A stretch of DNA of 32,000 bases, taken from positions 390,001 to 422,000 of the forward strand of contig NC_017448.1 in NCBI RefSeq assembly GCF_000146505.1, given 5' to 3'. Within the stretch, counting starts at the first letter, position 1, and each line of letters opens with the position of its first letter. The stretch comes from Fibrobacter succinogenes subsp. succinogenes S85 (GTDB lineage Bacteria > Fibrobacterota > Fibrobacteria > Fibrobacterales > Fibrobacteraceae). Both the position numbers and the translations under genes were made by a program. The notes under the pieces were generated by a model. The model saw only the letters and a program-made list of their open reading frames with translations. It made no database searches and was not told the origin of the DNA. Positions 24,290 to 32,000 of the stretch are shown here, piece after piece.

Positions 24290-25308
24290 TATTTCTTTCC
24301 CATCATTCGGAGTTTCACGACGGAGCGGCGCCAGACGTCAATTTCTTCGGCCGGGTAGCCCGCGTAAACCTTGCCCGCCTTGAGGCTCTTGGTAACACCC
24401 GCTTTCGCGGCAACCTTCACGCCCTTACCAATCGTCAAATGCCCCGCCGACTGCACACCACCAGCAAATTCCACGTCATCTTCCATAATCACGGAACCCG
24501 CCACGCCAGACTGCGATGCCATCATGATGTTGTTTCCAAGGCGGCAGTTATGCGCCACTTGCACGAACGTATCGAAATGACAATCATCGCCAATCACCGT
24601 CGGAGAGACAAAGCCCGCCGCGACCACGTCATTAGCGCTAAAGCTACAGCGGTTCCCGATGCGGACTCCCGCCAAATGCGGGACCATACATCGCTTGCCT
24701 TCGTACTCGTAAAATCCAAAACCACGAGGTCCCACGACAACACCCGCCTGGAACACGCAATCTTCGCCAATCGTCACACGCGGATAAACAGTCACATTCG
24801 CTTCAAGAATCGTACCTGCGCCAATCGTAGCACCCTTCATCACCACGCAATTCGGGCCGATGATAGCGTTCTCGCCTACCACACCCTCGACAACTGCCGA
24901 AGCATGAACTTGTGCAGAAGCAGCAATTTTCGCTTCTTCAAAAACTTCACGACGTTCCACAAATTCCTTCATGAACGTCACCATCGCATGGTACGGACTT
25001 TCAACCGGGCATACAAAATGCACATTCGGCAAGAGTTCCGAACGACCATCTACGCAATACTTTTCATACAAACTCGGCACAAAGAGGAGCCCTGCCGTAA
25101 CGCCCGCAAAAGCACTTGCGCTCACGCCACCGGCATTTCCTGCAAGCCCCGTTTCTGTCTTGGCGTCGCCCGTCCAGAACGAGACATCGTGCATTCCCGC
25201 CTGATCGAGCGAAGAAAATCCAGTCAGTTCAAAATTTAAAACGCCCTCGTTTGAAGGCATTTTAAGATTCATCGTTTCAAGAATTTCAGATAAAGAAACT
25301 GAAAACAT
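24289..25308 (-). CDS. lpxD: UDP-3-O-(3-hydroxyacyl)glucosamine N-acyltransferase
   Basis: The N-terminal uridine-binding-like domain is followed by long hexapeptide (LbH) repeats: IGENAIIGPNCVVMKGATIGAGTILEANVTVYPRVTIGEDCVFQAGVVVG ... AHNCRLGNNIMMASQSGVAGS. The likely start is MFSVSLSEIL at 25308, giving a TAATG overlap with the upstream gene. Confidence 0.88.
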   Translation of the reverse strand: MFSVSLSEILETMNLKMPSNEGVLNFELTGFSSLDQAGMHDVSFWTGDAKTETGLAGNAGGVSASAFAGVTAGLLFVPSLYEKYCVDGRSELLPNVHFVCPVESPYHAMVTFMKEFVERREVFEEAKIAASAQVHASAVVEGVVGENAIIGPNCVVMKGATIGAGTILEANVTVYPRVTIGEDCVFQAGVVVGPRGFGFYEYEGKRCMVPHLAGVRIGNRCSFSANDVVAAGFVSPTVIGDDCHFDTFVQVAHNCRLGNNIMMASQSGVAGSVIMEDDVEFAGGVQSAGHLTIGKGVKVAAKAGVTKSLKAGKVYAGYPAEEIDVWRRSVVKLRMMGKK

Positions 25309-26273
25309 TATTCCTCTAGCGTGAGCATGTGGACTTGACATGCAAACTGAATGGTAACGCGGTTGCCCACCTTGCCGCTTAAATCTTCGCCATCAAGCTG
25401 GATGTATTCATCATCTGCAAGTTCAAGCGTCAGCGAGCGCACCTTACGCGACTTGAGCAAGTTCTTCTTCAAGAAGTAACCGATGACCGGAATGTTCCCA
25501 ACCGCAATCGCAAGCAAGAAATTCAGCATGTTCGGCACGCAGACAACTTCCAAATAGCCATCCGCCATGTCTGACTGGAAGAACGGATTGGCGCCACTGG
25601 CAAAACTAGGGATATTCCCGACAATGACCGTCGTATGCCCCGTCAAATCTACGGTTTCCTTGAGTTCCGGCGTATTCTCAACCATCGAAAGTTTACCACT
25701 TTTCAAATGGTATGCTCGGTCTGCAAAGAAGCGCTTGACGTAATGCAGCTTGTTTGCAATCACAGAATTTGAAGAAATGACACCGGTTGCACGGTCATGG
25801 TTAAAATCATGCGCAATACGGGCATCAATGCCTGCAGAGAAATAATTGGCAAGCGCAAACTTATCATTCACCGTCCAAATATCAAACGGTCTAGACTTCG
25901 CCATCAAGAGCCTGCGCACCAAGTACAAAAGTCCCTTATCCGCAAACGGTTTGTAAAGCCCGAGCACGCGAGCCAGGTCATTGCCTGTACCAAGCGGGAT
26001 AAGCCCAATCTGAACTTTATCAGCATACTCCGACATGAGCATCATCGATAGTACAGACGAAACCGTACCGTCGCCACCCACCGCAACAAGTTTTTCCGTC
26101 GAAGAAAGAGCCGTCAAAATTTGCTCTTCCATTCCTTCCTTGCGCGTGAATTCAGCCTTCCATTCGTCGGCCTTAAAATCCATAGACTCCATAATTTCAG
26201 GAAGAAATTTATGGATAACCTTTCCTTGTCCACCTCCACTCACCGGATTTATTAGGAAAAAGAACTTATACAT
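25308..26273 (-). CDS. Diacylglycerol-kinase-family lipid kinase (YegS/BmrU-like)
   Basis: FFFLINPVSGGGQG, LVAVGGDGTVSSV and IGLIPLGTGNDLARVLG are the DAGK catalytic-domain motifs. Confidence 0.85.
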   Translation of the reverse strand: MYKFFFLINPVSGGGQGKVIHKFLPEIMESMDFKADEWKAEFTRKEGMEEQILTALSSTEKLVAVGGDGTVSSVLSMMLMSEYADKVQIGLIPLGTGNDLARVLGLYKPFADKGLLYLVRRLLMAKSRPFDIWTVNDKFALANYFSAGIDARIAHDFNHDRATGVISSNSVIANKLHYVKRFFADRAYHLKSGKLSMVENTPELKETVDLTGHTTVIVGNIPSFASGANPFFQSDMADGYLEVVCVPNMLNFLLAIAVGNIPVIGYFLKKNLLKSRKVRSLTLELADDEYIQLDGEDLSGKVGNRVTIQFACQVHMLTLEE

Positions 26274-26781
26274 CTTTTAGAAGTTCATCCTTTGCGTCCA
26301 AGTAGTGTTCTACGCCAATCTTTACGTTTTTAATTTCATCTGCAGTCAGAGTTCTAGCGATGTGCGCTGGAGATCCCACAATCAAAGAATTCTCGGGGAA
26401 ATTTTTTCCAGCCGTCACAAGCGCGCCCGCACCGACGATGCAATTTTTCATGATAAGGGCTCCGTCCATGATAATTGCACCCATGCCTACGAGAACGTTA
26501 TCTTCGATTGTGCAGCCGTGAAGCACCGCACCATGACCAACAGTCACCTCGTCGCCAATGTTCACACCGACACCTGTCGAAACATGGACACTCACATTAT
26601 CCTGGATATTTGTACGCTTGCCAATTTTGATTTCTGCCAAATCGGCACGCAACACCGCATTGTAAAACACAGACGAATCATCGCCAATGCTCACATCGCC
26701 CACGAGGCATGCGCCTTCAGCGATAAACACGCGCTTTCCCACCTGTGGGACTTTGCCTTTATACTTAATTATGGAACCCAT
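26266..26781 (-). CDS. Gamma-carbonic-anhydrase-family LbH protein (YrdA/PaaY-like)
   Basis: 171 aa: VFIAEGACLVGDVSIGDDSSVFYNAVLRAD...IKIGKRTNIQDNVSVH...VTVGHGAVLHGCTIEDNVLVGMGAIIMDGA. His residues sit in gamma-CA ligand positions. It overlaps the lipid kinase start by 8 nt. Confidence 0.85.
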   Translation of the reverse strand: MGSIIKYKGKVPQVGKRVFIAEGACLVGDVSIGDDSSVFYNAVLRADLAEIKIGKRTNIQDNVSVHVSTGVGVNIGDEVTVGHGAVLHGCTIEDNVLVGMGAIIMDGALIMKNCIVGAGALVTAGKNFPENSLIVGSPAHIARTLTADEIKNVKIGVEHYLDAKDELLKDV

Positions 26782-26894
26782 AGTTTCAATTTACAAAAAT
26801 ACATGAATAGATGAAACAGAAAAATTTTTAAAAAAGCTTTGTTTTTCGCCACCTAAAACGCCTTTTTTGCCCAATATGTTCTATCTTATTGAGT

Positions 26895-28346
26895 ATGAAC
26901 GAAATACATGGGATAGATATCAAAAAGATTTTTGATGCTCAAGGGGAAAATCGCTGGAAAATAGCCCAGACGAGTGCCAAAGAGCGTATTCAAAAACTGA
27001 AAAAGCTTCGCGAAGCCGTCGTGAAGCATCAGGAAGAGTTTTACGAAGCAGTTTGGCAGGACTTCCACAAGCCGCGTTTTGAAGCTTGGCTCAGTGAAAT
27101 TTTTCCGACGATTGAAGAAATCGACCACACAATTAGCCATCTGAAAAAATGGATGAAGGACAAAAGCGCTAGTCGAGTTTTCTTTTTGCCCACGTCCAAA
27201 AGCCGCCTCCACTACGAGCCCAAAGGCCGCGTACTGATTTTTGCGCCGTGGAACTATCCGTTCTTGTTGCTCGTGAACCCGATTATTTCGGCAATTGCGG
27301 CTGGCAACGTGATTATGGCAAAGCCATCGCACAAGACGCCGCACGTGAGCGCTGTTCTCGTGAAGATGTTTAAGGAAAACTTCCCGGAAAATGAAATCGC
27401 ACTCATCGAAGGTGAAGGGGCTGAAATTGGAGACAAGCTATTAGAGCTTCCGTTTGACCATGTATTTTTTACGGGGAGTCCGAAGGTCGGCGCGCACATT
27501 GCAGAAATGGCAGCCAAGCACCATGCCAGCATCACGCTTGAACTTGGCGGAAAGTCCCCCACGATTCTGCTCCCCGGCATAAACATCAAGAAGCATATCA
27601 AACAGATTGCTTGGGGAAAAACGCTAAACGGCGGGCAAACCTGCATCGCGCCGGATTACGCCCTTTGCCCAGAAGATAAAGTTCAAGAATTTGCAGAAGC
27701 TTTTGCCGAAGATATCAAACGCAGATTCGGCGATACCGAAGCCAAGCGTCACGAAAGCAAAGACCTTGTACACATCGTTGACAAGCGCGCCACAGAGCGC
27801 CATGCTGCACTCATCAAGGATGCAATTGCCAAAGGCGCTAAACAAGTCATCGGCGGAGTGAGCGATATCGAAAATTGCTACACGCCAGTCACCGTGCTTA
27901 CAAATGTCACGCCCGACATGGAAATTATGAAGTCCGAAATTTTCGGACCGATTATGCCGATTATCGCCTACAAGAATCTTGACGAAGCGATTGCATTTGT
28001 ACAAAGCCGCCCAAAACCACTAGCGCTGTACATCTTTGGTACAAACAAACGCGATATCAATTACGTTTTGAGCCATACCACATCCGGTTCCACTTGCGTG
28101 AACAACACCATTATCCAAATCGAAAATTTGGAGGTTCCCTTTGGCGGTGTGGGCATGAGCGGTACAGGCAATTACCACGGATTTTTCGGATTCAAGACAT
28201 TTAGCCATGAACGCAATATCATGGAGCAGAAAGGGTTCGATGCGGTGACATTTTTCCACCCGCCCTATGGAATTATTCCGGGCAGTTTGCGTTCTAAAAT
28301 TCAAAACTTTGCAGAAAAAGCGTTACGCTTTTTAAAGTCGATGTAG
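26895..28346 (+). CDS. NAD(P)-dependent aldehyde dehydrogenase (ALDH3-like class)
   Basis: FAPWNYPF, ITLELGGKSP (catalytic Glu) and GGQTCIAPDY (catalytic Cys), and EIFGPIMPI. The track start at 26889 is TTG; the ATG (MNEIHG) is at 26895. Confidence 0.9.
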   Translation: MNEIHGIDIKKIFDAQGENRWKIAQTSAKERIQKLKKLREAVVKHQEEFYEAVWQDFHKPRFEAWLSEIFPTIEEIDHTISHLKKWMKDKSASRVFFLPTSKSRLHYEPKGRVLIFAPWNYPFLLLVNPIISAIAAGNVIMAKPSHKTPHVSAVLVKMFKENFPENEIALIEGEGAEIGDKLLELPFDHVFFTGSPKVGAHIAEMAAKHHASITLELGGKSPTILLPGINIKKHIKQIAWGKTLNGGQTCIAPDYALCPEDKVQEFAEAFAEDIKRRFGDTEAKRHESKDLVHIVDKRATERHAALIKDAIAKGAKQVIGGVSDIENCYTPVTVLTNVTPDMEIMKSEIFGPIMPIIAYKNLDEAIAFVQSRPKPLALYIFGTNKRDINYVLSHTTSGSTCVNNTIIQIENLEVPFGGVGMSGTGNYHGFFGFKTFSHERNIMEQKGFDAVTFFHPPYGIIPGSLRSKIQNFAEKALRFLKSM

Positions 28347-28356
28347 GAGGTCACTT

Positions 28357-29577
28357 ATGGCATCTTTCCTTTACAGATTCGCCTGCCGAGCATTCCAAAA
28401 AGCGTTCTTTGTTGGCGTACACTTTATGCCATGGCGCGAGCCGCAACTTATTCACGGAGCAGGGACTTTAAGCGAACTCCCCAAGCACCTCAAGGCAAAT
28501 GACATAGAGAACGTTCTGCTCGTTACCGATGAGTTCTTGGTCAAGAGCGAACACTTCCTAAACATCAAGAAATACTTGGAAGAAGCGGGAATCAAGTATG
28601 CCATTTACGACAAGACTATTCCGAACCCGACCATAGACAATATCAACGATGCAGCACGCATTTACCGCAAGAACAAATGCAAAGGGCTCGTCGCATTTGG
28701 TGGCGGTTCTGCCATTGACTGCGCAAAGGGCGTGGGCATCCGCATTGTTAGACGTTGGACACCGATTTCGTTTATGCGAGGGACGCTACGCGTTCTTCGC
28801 AAGATTCCGTATCTCGTAGCCATCCCGACGACGGCGGGGACAGGGAGCGAAGCGACTGTGGCCGCCGTGATTTCCAATCCGCAGACGCATGAGAAGTACC
28901 CGATTAACGACTTCGTCTTGATTCCGCGTCTCGCGATTCTCGATGCCAATATTACGCTCAACTTGCCCGCCAATCTTACGGCAACTACCGGTATGGATGC
29001 GCTCACGCACGCCATTGAAGCCTACATTGGCAACAGCAATTTCGACGGAAGTGCCGAAGCCGCCATCTTGGCTGGTCGCCTGATTCTTGAGAACATCCAG
29101 AACGCCTATCGCGACGGTCACAACATCAAGGCCCGTGAAAACTTGCAGAAAGCGGCATACCTCGCTGGGTATGCATTCACTCGCGCTTACGTCGGCTACG
29201 TTCACGCCATTGCACATAGCCTTGGCGGTATGTACCACACGCCTCACGGGCTTGCAAACTCAGTTATTCTTCCGCACGTTCTGGAATTCTACGGCGAAAC
29301 TTGCGAAACGCGCCTCGGATTCTTTGCAAAAGCCATTGGAGCAGTCCCAGCAGAGCTTGACAACCATGAAGCCTCCAAAGTCTTCATTATGCAAATTCGC
29401 GAGTTGAACCGCTCTATGGATATTCCGGAACACTTGGAATTTATCCAAACCGAAGACATTCCAAGACTCGCGAAGTCGGCAAGCAAGGAAGCAAACCCGC
29501 TTTACCCTGTGCCGAAAATATTAAATGCGAAAGAGCTCGAAACGCTCTATCGCATTGTGAAAGGGACAAAAATGTAA
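28357..29577 (+). CDS. Iron-containing (group III) alcohol dehydrogenase
   Basis: AFGGGSAIDCAKG, TTAGTGSE, MDALTHAIEAY and HAIAHSLGGMYHTPHG are the Fe-ADH metal and NAD motifs. The start is 10 nt after the ALDH stop, so the two are probably an operon. Confidence 0.9.
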   Translation: MASFLYRFACRAFQKAFFVGVHFMPWREPQLIHGAGTLSELPKHLKANDIENVLLVTDEFLVKSEHFLNIKKYLEEAGIKYAIYDKTIPNPTIDNINDAARIYRKNKCKGLVAFGGGSAIDCAKGVGIRIVRRWTPISFMRGTLRVLRKIPYLVAIPTTAGTGSEATVAAVISNPQTHEKYPINDFVLIPRLAILDANITLNLPANLTATTGMDALTHAIEAYIGNSNFDGSAEAAILAGRLILENIQNAYRDGHNIKARENLQKAAYLAGYAFTRAYVGYVHAIAHSLGGMYHTPHGLANSVILPHVLEFYGETCETRLGFFAKAIGAVPAELDNHEASKVFIMQIRELNRSMDIPEHLEFIQTEDIPRLAKSASKEANPLYPVPKILNAKELETLYRIVKGTKM

Positions 29578-29582
29578 AACGA

Positions 29583-30014
29583 CTACTTCACTTGAAAGCG
29601 GTCTTTAATTTCTTGAGGGATGGCAAACGGCCTTCCCTTTTTCATATCCATGAGAACCCACTGCGTCTCGGATTCAAACACGACCTTGCCATCAGAAACG
29701 CGTTCAAAGCGGCACTTGCGTACGCTCGCGACCTTGCTGTAGCCAGCGACCCAAGTCGTACCACGGATTTCATCGCCCAAGAACGCCTGATTCTTGTATT
29801 CCACAAACTGCGTATGAATCATCCAACCGCAACCGAACTGGTACATCACATCCGTTGCTCCAACGGAATCCGAATGAGCAATCGAGATATCCTGAACCCA
29901 CTGCACCGCCCACACATTATTCATGTGCTTGTTTTCATCAATCATCTCGGGCGTCACCTTAAAAAGCTTTTCAAACTTCATCGGATTTGCATTTTCTTCC
30001 ATCACTACAGCCAT
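29583..30014 (-). CDS. Hotdog-fold acyl-CoA thioesterase (4HBT/YbgC-like)
   Basis: About 143 aa starting from MAVVMEEN at 30014, with GGAGG 5-10 nt upstream. The NKHMNNVWAVQWVQDISIAHS ... GDEIRGTTWVAGY ... ETQWVLMD pattern is typical of 4HBT thioesterases. The ORF-track start at 30074 is probably too long. Confidence 0.7.
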   Translation of the reverse strand: MAVVMEENANPMKFEKLFKVTPEMIDENKHMNNVWAVQWVQDISIAHSDSVGATDVMYQFGCGWMIHTQFVEYKNQAFLGDEIRGTTWVAGYSKVASVRKCRFERVSDGKVVFESETQWVLMDMKKGRPFAIPQEIKDRFQVK

Positions 30015-30054
30015 TGTAAGCCTCCATTGTAAATAAATGTAACAAAATAATTCA

Positions 30055-30173
30055 AGACGAAAGAACGCTTGCAAAGCAAGCTACAGACGAGAGACGAAAG
30101 TTATAGTTTGGCAGCGAAGCTGCGATTTTTTCTACTCTCGTCACTCGTCTACCAGCGAAGCGGTCTCTCGTCT
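30055..30173. other. Structured repeat block in the thioesterase-glgB divergent spacer: repeated purine words, three small hairpins and mutually exclusive long pairings
   Basis: AGACGAAAG occurs at 30055-63 and 30092-100. The hairpin GCTTGC-AAA-GCAAGC is at 30067-81. The hairpin GCAGC-GAA-GCTGC is at 30111-23, followed by GA+T6 (30126-31). AGACGAGAGAC (30085-95) pairs perfectly with GTCTCTCGTCT (30163-73), or 30085-101 pairs 15/17 with 30134-150. CAGCGAAGC is repeated at 30112-20 and 30153-61. Confidence 0.8.
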
Positions 30174-30275
30174 AATTAATTATCAAAATATTACGGTTTT
30201 TATCGCAATTATTCGCATAACATTCCCATTTTATGTTATTTTTCTTTGCGTTAAAAACATTAAGTGAGAAAATCT

Positions 30276-32000
30276 ATGGAATGGAACGATTTCACGAGCC
30301 TGACCGCAGAAAACATGCAGGCAATTTGGGACTTCAAGACTAAAGACCCGTTTTCAATTTTAGGTATCCACCCGCTCGAAACCGATCGCGGGATCAAGAC
30401 CGTCATCCGCACCTACCAGCCGCAGGCCAGCTTTGTCCGCGGTGAATCGTGCGACGGCACTGAAGAATTTGATTTTGTGAAGCTTGGCGACACAGGATTT
30501 TTCGAAGCCATCCTCGACTTGGAATACAAGCCGTTCTTTTACAAGCTCATCATCAAGCAGGGCGACGGCATCGAATACACGCTCGTCGATCCGTATGCAT
30601 TCTTGCCGGTCCTCAGCGACTTTGACCGCCACCTGATTGCAACAGGCACGCACTACGAACTTTACCGCAAGCTCGGCGCCAACATCATCGAACACCAGGG
30701 ATTCAAGGGCGTTCACTTCGCCGTCTGGGCTCCGAACGCTCGTGCCGTTTCTGTGGTCGGCAACTTCAACAGCTGGGACGGCCGCCGTCACCAGATGCGC
30801 ATGCTCGGTGCCTCGGGCATTTGGGAAATCTTCATTCCGAATCTTGGTGAAAACGAACTCTACCGCTTTGAAATTCACGGCGCCGACGGGAACCTCCATG
30901 TGAAGGTGGACCCGCTTGCAAAGCTCGCCGAAGTCCGCCCGGCAACAGCCTCCATCACAACACACCTCGACGGTTACGAATGGGGCGATGATCTTTACAT
31001 GAAGACGCACTGGGCCACAAAGGTCTTTGGCGCTCCGATGAACATTTACGAAGTCCACGCCGGTTCCTGGCGTCGCGACCCGGCTAATCCGGACCGTTTC
31101 CTCAACTGGGACGAGCTCTCCGAACGCCTCATCCCGTACCTCAAGGAAATGGGATACACGCACGTGGAATTCTTGCCGCTCGCCGAACACCCGCTCGACG
31201 AATCTTGGGGCTACCAGGTTACCGGTTACTACTCCCCCACGAGCCGCTACGGCACACCGGACCAATTCCGCCACTTTGTGGACCTTTGCCACCAGAACGA
31301 AATCGGCGTGATTTTGGACTGGGTTCCGGCCCACTTCCCGAAGGATGCACACGCTCTCGGACGTTTCGACGGCACTGCCTGCTACGAGCATGCCGACCCG
31401 CGTCAGGGCGAACACCCGCACTGGGGCACATACATCTTTAACCTCGGCCGTAACGAAGTCAAGAACTTCCTCATTGCAAACGCGATGTACTGGCTCAAGG
31501 AATTCCACTGCGACGGTCTCCGCGTCGATGCTGTAGCCTCCATGCTTTACCTCGACTACGGTAAGGGTCCGGGCGAATGGGTGCCAAACAAGGACGGCGG
31601 CAACATCAACTACGATACGCTCGAATTCCTGAAGCACTTGAACAGCATCATGGGTCGCCTGACCCCGCATGCCATCCTCATCGCCGAAGAATCAACAAGC
31701 TTCCCGAGCATCACTCGCCCGCCAGAGCAGGGCGGTCTCGGCTTCCACTACAAGTGGAACATGGGCTGGATGAACGACTTCTTGAGCTACATCCAGCACG
31801 AACCGATCCACCGCAAGTACCACCATAACCAGCTTACGTTCAGCATGGTCTACGCTTATTCTGAAAACTTCATACAAGTTTTCAGCCATGACGAAGTGGT
31901 ACACGGCAAGGGTTCCATGCTCGGCAAGATGCCTGGCGACAACTGGCAGAAGTTTGCAAACCTCCGCCTCACCTACGCTTTCCAGTACGCACACCCGGGC
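30276..32000 (+). CDS. glgB: 1,4-alpha-glucan branching enzyme. The N-terminal 575 codons are present and the gene runs off the right window edge.
   Basis: Absent from the ORF track because it has no stop in the window. Hand translation from ATG 30276 gives MEWNDFTSLTAENMQAIWDFKTKDPFSILGIHP...GVHFAVWAPNARAVSVVGNFNSWDGRRHQM...IYEVHAGSW...GYTHVEFLPLAEHPLDESWGYQVTGYYSPTSRYGTPDQFRHFVD...ILDWVPAHFPKD...FHCDGLRVDAVASMLYLDY...LIAEEST. These are GH13 branching-enzyme regions I-III. The frame is open to 32000. Confidence 0.93.
   Translation, partial: MEWNDFTSLTAENMQAIWDFKTKDPFSILGIHPLETDRGIKTVIRTYQPQASFVRGESCDGTEEFDFVKLGDTGFFEAILDLEYKPFFYKLIIKQGDGIEYTLVDPYAFLPVLSDFDRHLIATGTHYELYRKLGANIIEHQGFKGVHFAVWAPNARAVSVVGNFNSWDGRRHQMRMLGASGIWEIFIPNLGENELYRFEIHGADGNLHVKVDPLAKLAEVRPATASITTHLDGYEWGDDLYMKTHWATKVFGAPMNIYEVHAGSWRRDPANPDRFLNWDELSERLIPYLKEMGYTHVEFLPLAEHPLDESWGYQVTGYYSPTSRYGTPDQFRHFVDLCHQNEIGVILDWVPAHFPKDAHALGRFDGTACYEHADPRQGEHPHWGTYIFNLGRNEVKNFLIANAMYWLKEFHCDGLRVDAVASMLYLDYGKGPGEWVPNKDGGNINYDTLEFLKHLNSIMGRLTPHAILIAEESTSFPSITRPPEQGGLGFHYKWNMGWMNDFLSYIQHEPIHRKYHHNQLTFSMVYAYSENFIQVFSHDEVVHGKGSMLGKMPGDNWQKFANLRLTYAFQYAHPG

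Noticed and set aside
21943-25239. Several 150-280-aa + strand ORFs (for example 21943-22776 and 24439-25239).
   Set aside because: They are antisense to the well-supported nucleotidyltransferase, lpxC and lpxD genes, and no motifs are recognisable in them.
30360-31670. A 436-aa minus-strand ORF in the last 2 kb.
   Set aside because: It is antisense to the + strand frame starting at 30276. That frame translates to a textbook GlgB (DWVPAHF, GLRVDAVASMLY, IAEEST) and was missing from the track only because it has no stop in the window.

Overview
The window is gene-dense bacterial chromosome. It is probably from Fibrobacter or a Fibrobacter-like organism. That guess rests on Gram-negative lipid A genes, a secreted GH5 cellulase with a short basic C-terminal tail, weak Shine-Dalgarno usage and mid-range GC, and I could not verify it. 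Housekeeping genes flank the window and fill its right half: purL, a gamma-CA-like / lipid kinase / lpxD / lpxC / fabZ / nucleotidyltransferase / trmJ-like block, aldehyde and alcohol dehydrogenases, a hotdog thioesterase, and the 5' part of glgB. Between the GH5 gene and purL lies a visibly AT-rich, all-minus-strand accessory stretch of about 9.7 kb (5944-15655). It has two parts. (i) A tandem array of a two-module lipoprotein family: a DUF4419-like module P plus an uncharacterised Cys-containing module Q ending in CFVEE. The array shows four architectures: fused P-Q, P|Q split by one in-frame TAA, signal peptide joined directly to Q, and P alone. (ii) A three-gene cassette: a RhuM-like DNA-binding domain fused to a degenerate HKD/PLD-like domain, a small alpha/beta hydrolase, and a stand-alone FtsH-type (M41-like) HEAGH peptidase domain. 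Several intergenic spacers carry unusual short-period word repeats with inverted partners (lpxD-lpxC, nucleotidyltransferase-trmJ, thioesterase-glgB). I saw no rRNA, tRNA, CRISPR array, transposase or integrase. All family assignments come from motif recognition by eye, not from searches.
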